Origin: Macrostomum hystrix
Lineage: Eukaryota > Animalia > Platyhelminthes
Length of the DNA: 64,000 bases
Direction of reading: 5' to 3'
Assembly: GCA_950097015.1 (NCBI GenBank)
Contig: CATNEN010000003.1
Coordinates: 4,464,001-4,528,000 of the forward strand
Positions 25,694 to 36,541 of this stretch are shown here, one piece after another. Numbering within the stretch: the stretch's first letter is position 1; each line of letters begins with the position of its first letter. The notes under the pieces were generated by a model. That model had not been told where the DNA came from, ran no database searches, and saw nothing but the letters and a program-made list of their open reading frames with translations. A program made the translations under genes and the position numbers.

Positions 25694-26448
25694 CTATTTT
25701 TGGTCAACGAATCCCATAACGCTATCCAAAAATTTGGCGAATATCTCTGGTTCGCCGCGCGGAAACGGTTTCAGATGCCCGGCTGGAGTCAGGTTGCGCA
25801 GGGCGTCCTCTAAGTCAGCGCACACAGCCGTGTCCAGGTGGCCGTCTCTGCAAGACGAGAAACAACTTTGGACTGACCAACTTGGTTTGCTGTTACATTT
25901 ATCCATCTAGACATGAGGACTTGTAGCCTAGTGGTTAGAGTGTGCGACTAAACACTTTAAGGTCGGAGGTTCGATTCTTAATTTGTGCCCTTTAGCAAGA
26001 CACTTAACAATGCATTGCTTCAGTTCATGGATTAAATGGGTACCAGCATCAGTTGACGTCGGTCATGATTTTACCTGGCAACTCGCTGAGCAAGCTCAGT
26101 CTGGTGATTATGCATCAGGTCGTCATTGACAACAACTAGCAATCGTTTGCCAGCGTTCAACGATTCCAGGACGCTGCCAGCCCCGGCGTGGCTGATGACT
26201 AAACCGGCTGCGGCCACATCAGCGGCTAGTGACGGCTTGAAGCGATAATAGCTGACTGAAAAACGGCCCTCCAAAGGGTAATCTCTGGCCGTGTGAGCCG
26301 TGGGTTCGTATTCGCCACGCCCAATCTGCATAACTAGGCCGTGATAGCCCAGCTGATCGCACAGGATCTTATGCAATTCGACCGAATCTAGGCGCCGAAT
26401 CAGCGAATCGAATGATGTTGTGCCAACTGTTACAAATACGTTAGGCAT
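25694..26448 (-). CDS. ALG13: UDP-GlcNAc transferase subunit ALG13 (short form); exons 26448-26075, 25847-25694 (175 aa)
   Basis: VFVTVGTTSFDSLI, MQIGRG, YYRFKPSL, LVISHAGAGSVLE, VVVNDDLMHNHQTELA, GEPEIFAKFLD. Confidence 0.95.
25915..26060 (+). mobile_element. tRNA-derived CORE-like SINE (family A) in the ALG13 intron
   Basis: A-box tagcctagtggtt, B-box ggttcgattc, then gtgccctttagcaagacacttaac...aaatgggtaccagc. Confidence 0.75.
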
Positions 26449-26699
26449 TGCTTCGCCCTGTTGGATAGCTGTTTAAAGATTTTCCTCGCGAGTTAACGAG
26501 GCCCGACTGAATGTTAATGCGAACTGAAATGAGCGAATAAAACTGGGAAATAATTTTGGGATATAAAAAGTTGCTGAATAAGAGGGCTTTAGAATGATGG
26601 CTATTCAATTAAAATATATTCCGAAAATATATTTCGGGATGTAAAAATTGTGTGAATATGATTAGGGATAATAATTTGGGATAATAATTGCGTGCATAT

Positions 26700-27100
26700 T
26701 GAAAAAAGGATTATAAAATGGGATCTTAGAAGGCAAGATTGATAGTGGGATTCTTAATTAGGAGAATAATAGTGTAATCTAAAATTGGGAGAATAACAGT
26801 GGGGCGTTGAAACTGGGAAGAATAATAGTGGGATCTTAGAAATTAGGGGAATAATAGTGGGGATCCTAAAAATGGCATTAAAAGCGGGATCTAAAATTGG
26901 GAGAATAACCGCGGGATCTTTAATTAAGGAGAATAACAGTGGGGATGTTTAGAATGGGAAAATAATAGTTCGTGCTTGAAATGAGAGAATACGTTTAGAG
27001 ATCTTAAAATTAGAATTATATTATTAAGGATCTAGAAGTGGTAGAACAATTTCTAAGATCTAAGAATTGGGAAAATTAAGAGGGGGTCTTAAAATAAAAA
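26700..27100. repeat. Highly degenerate about 30-bp tandem repeat (aaattgggagaataatagtgggatct), intergenic
   Basis: Recurring gagaataa(t/c)agtggg motif. Confidence 0.6.
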
Positions 27101-27181
27101 ATGTATAGGGATTTCGCAACTTAAATAAAAACATTCACAGCTACTAACCGAACTATATGAAATGACGGTCAAGGAACGCTT

Positions 27182-27487
27182 CTAATAGATTTCAGAATAC
27201 TTCTTTCCGCGAAATCGATTTCGCATATCCAGCTGCTCGCGCCGGCAGATGAACAGGCTGTACCTCACTGAGCGGCACTCCTCGGACACGTCGGCTTTGG
27301 GGTCGCGCAGGCAGTCCAAAGGTGTGCGACGATCGCGCTTAACGCAGTCTGACAACAGCAGACACAGGCGGAGCTCCTCTTTCAGTTGCGTGCAAGCCTT
27401 CCTTGGGCCACTGCTTGCTGCCTTATCAACGCTGTGACTAGCAGTACTATTGTTAGTAGTATCGGCTGTGTTACTAGTTGATGTCAT
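27182..27487 (-). CDS. COA5: Cytochrome c oxidase assembly factor 5 (Pet191), single exon, 101 aa
   Basis: ACTQLKEELRLCLLLSDCV..TPLDCL..EECRSVRYSLFICRREQLDMRNRFRG, the twin-Cx9C-type Pet191 pattern. Confidence 0.92.
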   Translation of the reverse strand: MTSTSNTADTTNNSTASHSVDKAASSGPRKACTQLKEELRLCLLLSDCVKRDRRTPLDCLRDPKADVSEECRSVRYSLFICRREQLDMRNRFRGKKYSEIY

Positions 27488-27639
27488 TTAGAGTATAGCA
27501 GCAAGAATTTCACAGTAGAGGCATTAGAATTTCGAAAACAATTTACTGCAAAAGAGAGAAGGTTTTGTTTCACTGCATTTATAATAATTACCGGATTTAA
27601 CTATTACTAAATCTCTTCAATTTCCCTAAATACTAACTC

Positions 27640-28666
27640 TGTCATTACATTCCCTAAATACAGTCAATAAAGACTGTCATTACATTCCCTAAATACAGTC
27701 AATAAAGACTGTCATTACATTCCCTAAATACAGTCAATAAAGACTGCCATTACATTCCCTAAATACAGACAATAAAGACTGTCATTACATTCCCTAAATA
27801 CAGTCAATAAAGACTGCCATTACATTCCCTAAATACAGACAATAAAGACTGTCATTACATTCCCTAAATATAGTCAATAAAGACTGCCATTACATTCCCT
27901 AAATACAGACAATAAAGACTGTCATTACATTCCCTAAATATAGTCAATAAAGACTGCCATTACATTCCCTAAATACAGACAATAAAGACTGTCATTACAT
28001 TCCCTAAATACAGACAATAAATACTGTCATTACATTCCCTAAATACAGTCAATAAAGACTGTCATTACATTCCCTAAATACAGTCAATAAAGACTGTCAT
28101 TACATTCCCTAAATACAGTCAATAAAGACTGTCATTACATTCCCTAAATACAGTCAATAAAGACTGTCATTACATTCCCTAAGTACAGACAATAAAGACT
28201 GTCATTGCATTCCCTAAATACAGTCAATAAAGACTGTCATTACATTCCCTAAATACAGTCAATAAAGACTGCCATTACATTCCCTAAATACAGTCAATAA
28301 AGACTGTCATTACATTCCCTAAATACAGTCAATAAAGACTGCCATTACATTCCCTAAGTACAGTCAATAAAGACTGTCATTACATTCCCTAAATACAGTC
28401 AATAAAGACTGTCATTACATTCCCTAAATACAGTCAATAAAGACTGTCATTACATTCCCTAAATACAGTCAATACAGACTGTCATTACATTCCCTAAATA
28501 CAGACAATAAAGTCTGTCATTACATTCCCTAAATACAGTCAATAAAGACTATCATTACATTCCCTAAATACAGTCAATAAAGACTATCATTACATTCCCT
28601 AAATACAGTCAATAAAGACTATCATTACATTCCCTAAATACAGTCAATAAAGACTGTCATTACATT
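27640..28666. repeat. 35-bp minisatellite (gtcattacattccctaaatacagtcaataaagact), intergenic
   Basis: About 29 tandem copies. Confidence 0.97.
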
Positions 28667-29228
28667 ACATTAAAAAATTACCATATTGAAATAAGCAGCA
28701 CAACAAGACAAAAGCAGCAAATAACAAAATTGTTTCCTTAAATCATTGATCCATCATCTTGAGTAACTTCAAGAGTTCACTAACAAAAATAGTATGCGAC
28801 GCAACACAGTATAGTTTGCTTTAATAAGGCATTAGGTTCAGGCTGGCGAAAGTGCAAGCAAGCTAGAGCTAGCAAATTAAAAAAAACATATAGTTGTACA
28901 GCTGGCGTTGGAAGAAAATGAGTAGCTATCTAAAAGACAGAATGATTCTATTTTATGATCATAGTAGTTTAGAGCAAGCGAAGGAGCAGTCATGCCGAGA
29001 AAGCATTTGATTAAAGAAAGGTTATGTAATTAAAAAAGGCAATAAGATTATGTGGCATTAATGTCATTAGGTCTATGCATTCTAGAAAACATGGGACACA
29101 TTAATATTATATTTTATAAACTATTCGAATATCAATCTGTAGCAAATTCTGTACCCAATAGAAATCAATTGACTTTGATATACCTAAAAATAAATAGAAA
29201 TTATAAAATAATGTTTCCCTGTACTTTA

Positions 29229-29532
29229 GGGGGATCGGTGGCAGAGCGGTTATCGCGTTTGCCTCTCGCACCAAGGTCCCTGAGTTCGATTCCACGGCGA
29301 GGCCACATTCATTTGGGGCGCAGCCGCGGAGAGAAGGCTTGGGGGGCTTGTCGTGCAATTTACGCCCTTGAGGGCCAACCTCTAAGGCACAGTGAGAGTG
29401 TACACTGCCTGACGATGAGAAAGTCATGGCAGATGTACACACCCGTGTGAGCGTATGCCTGCGTACAGTATCTGTGTGCGCGTGTGCTCAGGAGTCAGCG
29501 AAATGGGCAGAGTTGCCTCCTCGCTGGCTTCG

Positions 29533-29565
<33 letters not shown>

Positions 29566-30030
29566 TGACACTAGACCCAAGGGCCAGCGCAGGTGTTGTG
29601 TGTCAGGCACACTAGCAGGTGGGGACTGCACACCTATTGTACTCCCCGGCTCTCTCGGACACCGGTTGACAGCCGCGTGTCAGCAATGGAATTTATTTTT
29701 TCCAAACATATCGGCAGCATCCAAACCCCACAGAATTGCCGCACAGAACTGCTTTATTCCACGCCAGCCGGAATTATTATTACCCAAAGAAATGTCGGTA
29801 CTCATTTGCAGCTGAGTAGACTGTGTGCACATCAGGGCAAAGCAGCTTGCTAAAGGCTGCACGAATAGTTCTAGACTAAGTCGGGAGTCGAACCCAGGAC
29901 CATCTGATCCAGAGTCCGACACCTTACTGACTGAGCTATCCGCCCTTGCGGGTCTAGTGTCACTATGATGATGATGTGCCACTGCCCACAGCCCTCCTGC
30001 AATTATTATTATTATTATTATTATTATTCA
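29229..30030 (+). mobile_element. tRNA-derived SINE (family B), interrupted by a nested SINE
   Basis: A-box tggcagagcggt, B-box gagttcgattcc, (ATT)n tail; homologous to the copies at 30706, 33727, 35675 and 57195. Confidence 0.88.
29536..29946 (-). mobile_element. tRNA-derived CORE-like SINE nested antisense in the family-B SINE
   Basis: Reverse complement gggcggatagctcagtcagtaagg...gggttcgactccc head, CORE-like cctttagcaag...aaatgagtacc, (TAT)n tail; flanked by ttcgggt/tgcgggt. Confidence 0.85.
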
Positions 30031-30098
30031 CAGTGCTTTTAAATATGAAACTATTTTGCTTCGTCGCTACAAAACAAAATCAAAGACTCATTAAATTT

Positions 30099-32488
30099 TC
30101 ACATTTGGGACATAAAAAAAGGCCGGCCATTATCAGCTAGACGACGAGTAAGCACCTCGCAGCCGGTCTCTGTAACTAGCAGGGTCTCTTCAAATTGAGC
30201 CGAGCGTTTGCCGTCGACAGTGACGGAGGTCCAATCGTCGCGCCAGAGTTGATCGCGCCACACGCCCTGATTGATCATTGGCTCAATGGTGAACACGTGA
30301 CCAGGTTTCATAACGCCAATAGCTTTATTCTTGGCGTAGTGGGGCACATTTGGTGCGCAATGAAACAGGCGGTGAATGCCGTGACCGCAGTAGGTTCGGA
30401 CAACCGACAAACCGGCCTGATGTGCGTGTCGCTGAATTATGTCGCCCATGTCGCGAAATTTCACACCCGGCTTAACAGCTTCAATAGATTTTTGTAGGCA
30501 CTCGTAAGCTGATTGCACTAGGCGCCTGCTGTCTTCATCAACCTGGGTAGAGTTTACATACGTACGAAGTACTAGCGATTAAACTATAAATCTGTTACCT
30601 GACAGAGTAGATAGTCACGTATTTGCTCATTCATTCAGGAAAATGAGATTATGTGATAACACGCAAAGTTAGTTTAAGATATAAAGAAATTGAACGAAAA
30701 GTATGAGGGCGGCAGTGGCAAAGCGGTTATCGCATTTGCCTCTCGCACAAAGGTCCCTGAGCTCGATTCCGCGGCGAGGCCACATTCATATGGGGAGCAG
30801 CCGCGGAGAGAAGGCTTGAGGGGCTTGTCGTGCAATTTACGCCTTTGAGGACCAACCTCCAAGGCACAGTGGGAGTGTACACTGCCTGACGATGAGAAAG
30901 TCAGGGCAGTTGTACACACCTGTGTGTGTGCCTGCGTACAGTATCTGTGCTCAGGAGTCAGCGAAATGGGCAGAATTGCCTCCTCGCTGGCTGCGGGTTC
31001 GGTGTCACCAAATAATGTGCCATTGCCCGCAGCCCTCCTGTAATTATTAATTAGTTATTAGAGAAAAATTAGCATAAAACTAAAGGTAGATGCACTGAGA
31101 AAGCACAGCAGGGTAATCAACTAGCTCACCTTTCCAACAAAAAGTGTCTCATTTAGATCGCCGTGATGCTCTCTATGATAGCAGGTGACATCGATATTAA
31201 CAATGTCGCCATCGGCCAGAGGTCTAAGATCTGGTATGCCGTGACAGATCACTTCGTTAACCGAGGTGCAGCAGGACTTTGGAAAGCCGTAATAGTTCAG
31301 TGGCGACGGATAACAGTCGCGTTCGACGCAGGCCTCGTGCACAATGCGATCGATTTCGTCTGTTGTGACACCTGGCGCAACCGCGCGCATGCCCTCTTCG
31401 AGTACTTCGCGAGCTAATCGGCAGACAGCGCGCATGTCTTCGATTTCGGCGTCATCGTCCATTGTGCGCAGAACGGATTTGCTCTGACGCTCGCTGTACG
31501 GTGTGCCATCTTTGGCGTAATCCGGCCTGGCTATGGACTCTGGCAAATTGCGCTTAGCCGACTGCTTGTGGGGCCTAAGGGAGCCGGTGAAATTGTAGCC
31601 AGGCCAGGACAGCTCGAGGGTCTGTTCGGCGATGGAACCCACACCTGGGTGTAGCTTCTCAACCAGAGTGTGCACTTTCTTGTGCTCCTTCCAGTAGGCC
31701 TTTTTAAGTGGAGAGAAGAGATTTGGTGTGAGTGTGTACATTGGGTGTAGCTAATACCTGTGTGTGTACATTGTGTGTAGCTAATACCTGTGTGTGTACA
31801 TTGTGTGTAGCTAATACCTGTGTGTGTACATTGGGTGTAGCTAATACCTGTGTGTGTACATTGTGTGTAGCTAATACCTGTGTGTGTACATTGGGTGTAG
31901 CAAATACCTGTGTGTGTACATTGGGTGTAGCTAATACCTGTGTGTGTACAATCGTTTGTAGCTAATAACTGTGTGTACACTAGGAGTGTAGCTAATAACT
32001 GTGTGTACACTAGGAGTGTAGCTAATAACTGTGTGTACACTAGGAGTGTAGCTAATAACTGTGTGTACACTAGGAGTGTAGCTAATAACTGTGTGTACAC
32101 TAGGAGTGTAGCTAATAACTGTGTGTACACTAGGAGTGTAGCTAATAACTGTGTGTACACTAGGAGTGTAGCTAATAACTGTGTGTACACTAGGAGTGTA
32201 GCTAATAACTGTGTGTACACTAGGAGTGTAGCTAATAACTGTGTGTACACTAGGAGTGTAGCTAATAACTGTGTGTACACTAGGAGTGTAGCTAATAACC
32301 GAGTGTGTACATTGGCATTTAGGTATAATCTTTCATACGCGTGTAAAGAAATTGCACATTATTTCGAGCAAAACCTTGAAGCAGTCCTGGGCGCAGAAAT
32401 ACGAACCGTCGATGCGCAGTTTTACGCAGGTTGGACAGCGAAATTTCGCCTCTTTGCCGCATTCCGGAGTCTCACAGATAGTCGACAT
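30099..32488 (-). CDS. METAP1: Methionine aminopeptidase 1; exons 32488-32375, 31699-31130, 30542-30099 (375 aa)
   Basis: N-terminal zinc finger [19 protein letters not shown]|AYWKEHK; [56 protein letters not shown]. Confidence 0.97.
30706..31050 (+). mobile_element. SINE family B copy in METAP1 intron 2
   Basis: High similarity to the 29229 copy; uninterrupted. Confidence 0.88.
31731..32310. repeat. Two abutting related 30-bp minisatellites in METAP1 intron 1
   Basis: tgtgtgtacattgggtgtagctaatacctg (to about 31950), then gtgtgtacactaggagtgtagctaataact. Confidence 0.95.
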
Positions 32489-33087
32489 TGCTTATAAAAC
32501 CTGTAAGTTTATATTGTCATCAATTCTTTACTAAGAATTAAGAATGTGAGACTGGAAGCTAAATTAGCATTTTTAATACTCTAAAAATACCATATGCTAA
32601 GGTATTCTAGGCTTAGAAATGAGATAAAACAGCAAGTCCAACAAACTTATCTAGAAAATGTATAGAAAATAGTGACAAAACAATACTAGATTAAGTGTTT
32701 ATTTAATATAACAAAAGTGCAGCACTCATATAAAACTGTGAACACAGCGTGCAGCTTTGTCACAAAAAAATTTTTCTAAGATAAAAATGATTATAACAAA
32801 TAGACAGAAAAGTTTTGCATTGCTTTATAATTTTAAAGTTTAATAACACTTATTTAAATGATATGCATTAAAATTGACTAGAGAAAGGCAGCACCATATA
32901 TATTATCCGAATTGTTGAGCTTCTTTGCTAATTTCAAATGGAAGATTTGTGTACACTGGCCTAGTAAAGTACTATACATTAAATTTTGTTTAGTTACTTT
33001 TTTAGCTCATTTATTTGTCAATTGTCGCACCGATTTACACTACTTAAAGTAGAAATGATAAAATTTTACAACATGAGGGTATATATT

Positions 33088-36000
33088 TCAAACTCTGCTG
33101 CTACAATTATCGGCTGAGGCGAGTTGTATACCGCGTAGTTGCCAACGCGTTGCATCCTCCGTCGCGGCCGAATCGGCCGTCAAAGACGAAGCCATTGTGG
33201 ACGAAGCCGGTAAGAATCCGGCGCAATTGTCTGGCATCGGACGTTGAGCTAACCAAGACGCAGACTGGTACGAAGCGCTAACGCCTTCGTCTGTTAGTTC
33301 CAACTGTCTGCGAGGATTTCCTTGGCCAGGCGTCTTGCATAATCGACGCTTAATACGATTAGTAAAAATTATAGAAGCGAAGATAATAGCCACAATTATT
33401 AATAAACTGATGCCCAACCAGTCAGCTAATTGCATAGTGGCCAATCGTTTTTGTTGATCTGATTGTCTTCGAAGACTACCCAAACTGGTATAGTAGGCGC
33501 CTGGACCTGTAGCTAGAGCTGAGCACAGATAGCCCAGTTGGTCTGAACAGTCTCGCAGGCGCATTGTGCCAATCATTCCATTGGAGATTTCGTAGGCTAG
33601 ACAGGCGCAATTGTTTGACTCGGCTTCGCAATCGCGACCAAAACTGGCGGGGACAAAATTGATTGGGATGAAATCTGACTGTTAACGAGGCAGAGAAAAG
33701 GTTCATTTAATAACAGGTAGCTAAACTGGGGTGTCATTGGTAGAGAGGTTAACGTGTTTGTCTCTCGCACCTAGGTCCTGAGCTCGATTCCGCGGCGAGG
33801 TCACATTCACTTGGAATGCAACCGCGGAGAGAAGGCTTGTATGCTTGTCGTGCAATTTACGCCCTCGATGGCCAACCTTCAAGACACAGTGAATGAAGTG
33901 TACACTCCTGATGATGAGAAAGTCAGGGCAGATGTACACAGCTGTGTGAGAGTGTGCCTGCGTACGGGTCTAGTGTCACAAAATGATGTGCCATTGCCTG
34001 CAGCTCTCCTGCAACTATTGTTATTATTATTATTAAATACTGAGGCTACATAAATATTAAAAGTAACGGAATAGACAAAACAGGACGAACTAACGAATTT
34101 AAGGACCGCTAAATAACGAACGAAAATAATTGATACATATTTTAAAAGTCTAGTCTTGCACAGAAATCAAATTAGAAATTTATCATTGTGTTTAACAGTA
34201 TTCTAAATGTGTTATACAGGTTTCTAAATGTGTTATACAGTTTTCTAAATGTGTTTAATAATTTTCCAGATAATTTCAAAAGTTTTCTGAATGCGTCTAA
34301 AAGTTTTTTTAATTCGTTTATTGGTTAAAAAAGATTTATTTGCTACTGGGGAGGAATTAGTTCTCTGCTACTGGGGGGATTAGTTCTCTGCTACTGGGGG
34401 GATTAGTTCTCTGCTACTGGGGGGGATTAGTTCTCTGCTACTGGGGGGATTAGTTCTCTGCTACTGGGGGGATTAGTTCTCTGCTACTGGGGGGATTAGT
34501 TCTCTGCTACTGGGGGGATTAGTTCTCTGCTACTGGGGGGGATTAGTTCTCTGCTACTGGGGGGATTAGTTCTCTGCTACTGGGGGGATTAGTTCTCTGC
34601 TACTGGGGGGATTAGTTCTCTGCTACTGGGGGGGATTAGTTCTCTGCTACTGGGGGGATTAGTTCTCTGCTACTGGGGGGATTAGTTCTCTGCTACTGGG
34701 GGGATTAGTTCTCTGCTACTGGGGGGATTAGTTCTCTGCTACTGGGGGGATTAGTTCTCTGCTACTGGGGGGATTAGTTCTCTGCTACTGGGGGGATTAG
34801 TTCTCTGCTACTGGGGGGATTAGTTCTCTGCTACTGGGGGGATTAGTTCTCTGCTACTGGGGGGGATTAGTTCTCTGCTACTGGGGGGATTAGTTCTCTG
34901 CTACTGGGGGGGATTAGTTCTCTGCTACTGGGGGGGGGAATTTGTTCTCTGCTGCTGGGGGGACATTGGTTTTTTACTTTTTACCGATGAGGGGATAGTA
35001 TTCACATGTACCTTAGTAGAATTAAGCTGAGTTGTATCAAACGTAAGTTACTTGTGTAATTTTGCCCCAATGGGGCTTTTGGTGTACAGACCGGATGTCT
35101 CAGAATGTATTCAAGCTCAGACTGACTATTTTTGTATTTAGTGAGAATTCAAATTCTCTTTGATTCGCAATCAGAGAAATTAATACAGACGAAATGAGTT
35201 TTTGTTTGCTTTCAGGTGTGTTTCGTCCCTATGCGTTGCACAAGAGTTTTTGTCTGAACAGTAGTGCCCCCCAAGGGAGGCTTAGTGTGCTAGTTAGAAA
35301 CTAAACCTCACCTCAAACTAAAGCTCTGACCATTCAGATACTCCGGCGCCTCAGCGGCTTGAAATCGTTTCGCCCCAATCCAATAAGCTGGCGCGGCTAT
35401 GCCTAGCGAATAGGTAGCCGATGCTACGGCGGCATCGAAATCAGCCGCGGATCGGTGCTGAATGGCTAGATTAGCCCGAAGCAGCATGCAGCCAGTTATA
35501 GCCGACTCGAATGACACCGATTGGGCAAATCTGACAAGAAAATGGCGGAGTAGGCCAGGCTGATGATTGCCTTATTTTATTTGCTTCGAACAGAAAACAC
35601 ACTTTAAAGGATTTTGGGATAGAAATTAATGTGGCCTAGTTGTGTTTATAGGGCATGACAATAAGGGAGTGCGAGGGGCTGAGTGGCAGAGTGGTCAACA
35701 CGTTTGCCTCTCGCACCAAGGTGCCTGAGCTCGAGTCCGCGGTGAGGCCACATTAATATAGGGCGCTGCCGTAGAAAGAAGGCTTTGGTGGTTTTGCGTA
35801 CACTATAAAGTGTACACTACCTGACAATTAGAAAGTCAGGGCAGATGTACACACCTGTGTGAGCGTGTGCCTGCTTACAGTAGCAAAATGGGCAGAATTG
35901 CCTCTTCTCTGGCTGCGGGGCTAGTGTCACAAAACGATGTGCCAGTGCTTGCAGCTCTCCTGCAACTATTCTTATTACTAAAGTAGTGTGAAATACCCCC

Positions 36001-36541
36001 AAAAACAGAACATGGTTTTGTACCTTGGCACGCCAAAGCAGTAGCTATCCGACAGTTGCCAACCAAAAGGGCATTGGCCAGCTGAAACAAACTGAACGTC
36101 CAGCAATAGGGTAGCAACACCGGCATCGATTTCGGCAAAAATGGCAACAAAGAAAGTGCGACGTTGAAACTCAGTAGCAAACTGGCGATAGATCATGCCA
36201 GATACACTGGAATCCCATAATAGGCTGCCAATGGCGGACGATTCGCGTAGTATTGCTCTGCTACCAGTAATCAGGTTTGTACTAGGCAGAATTGTCACGA
36301 CAATGTAGCCATCAGCTGGTTGGCTAGCACCTGCGCTAAATACAAGGCTACAGTTAGATTTTAGTGCGCCAGTAAAGTTAAATGTCAAATTTAATGTAGC
36401 ATTGTTGCTAAGCAACTCAATCGAAGCGGGGATTCTTGTGTGGATTGTGCCAGCACTGCATGAAACTGTTTGGCCATAGATGCTAGTTGCAGCTATTATT
36501 GCTAGCAAAAGTAAAGCAGTAACCAGGCTCTTGTCAGGAGC
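33088..36541 (-). CDS. Type I membrane protein with a C-type-lectin-like domain; exons 36541-36024, 35530-35312, 33643-33088; no genomic ATG
   Basis: Signal peptide APDKSLVTALLLLAIIAATSIYG; lectin-like domain CPFGWQLSDSYCF..FESAITGC..YWIGAK..CACL..DCSDQLGYLC; TM segment WLGISLLIIVAIIFASIIF; two phase-2 introns join in frame. Confidence 0.8.
33727..34035 (+). mobile_element. SINE family B copy with an internal deletion
   Basis: Same head and body, (ATT)n tail. Confidence 0.85.
34340..34965. repeat. 23-bp G-tract minisatellite (ctactggggggattagttctctg) in lectin intron 2
   Basis: Tandem copies with G6-G7 runs. Confidence 0.97.
35675..35978 (+). mobile_element. SINE family B copy in lectin intron 1
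   Basis: tggcagagtggtc...gagctcgagtcc head and the shared body. Confidence 0.82.

Noticed and set aside
29875-29946. tRNA gene (also heads at 25915, 29229, 30706)
   Set aside because: A/B boxes continue into SINE bodies with (ATT)n tails or CORE-like segments; no clean cloverleaf.
30886-30903. CTGACGA..GAAA hammerhead-like core in SINE B
   Set aside because: Only 3 nt between the boxes (no stem II); it lies in the stem and loop of a plain hairpin.
30975-31000. GCCTCCTCGCTGGC, identical to the HDV ribozyme P3/L3, in SINE B (similar run at about 46010-46050)
   Set aside because: No GG for P1.1 directly after a P1 strand and no convincing P2. The segment pairs better in simple hairpins and is deleted or mutated in other copies.
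6750-34965. Arrays of 23-35 bp repeats as CRISPR
   Set aside because: No unique spacers, no cas genes, eukaryotic intron context.
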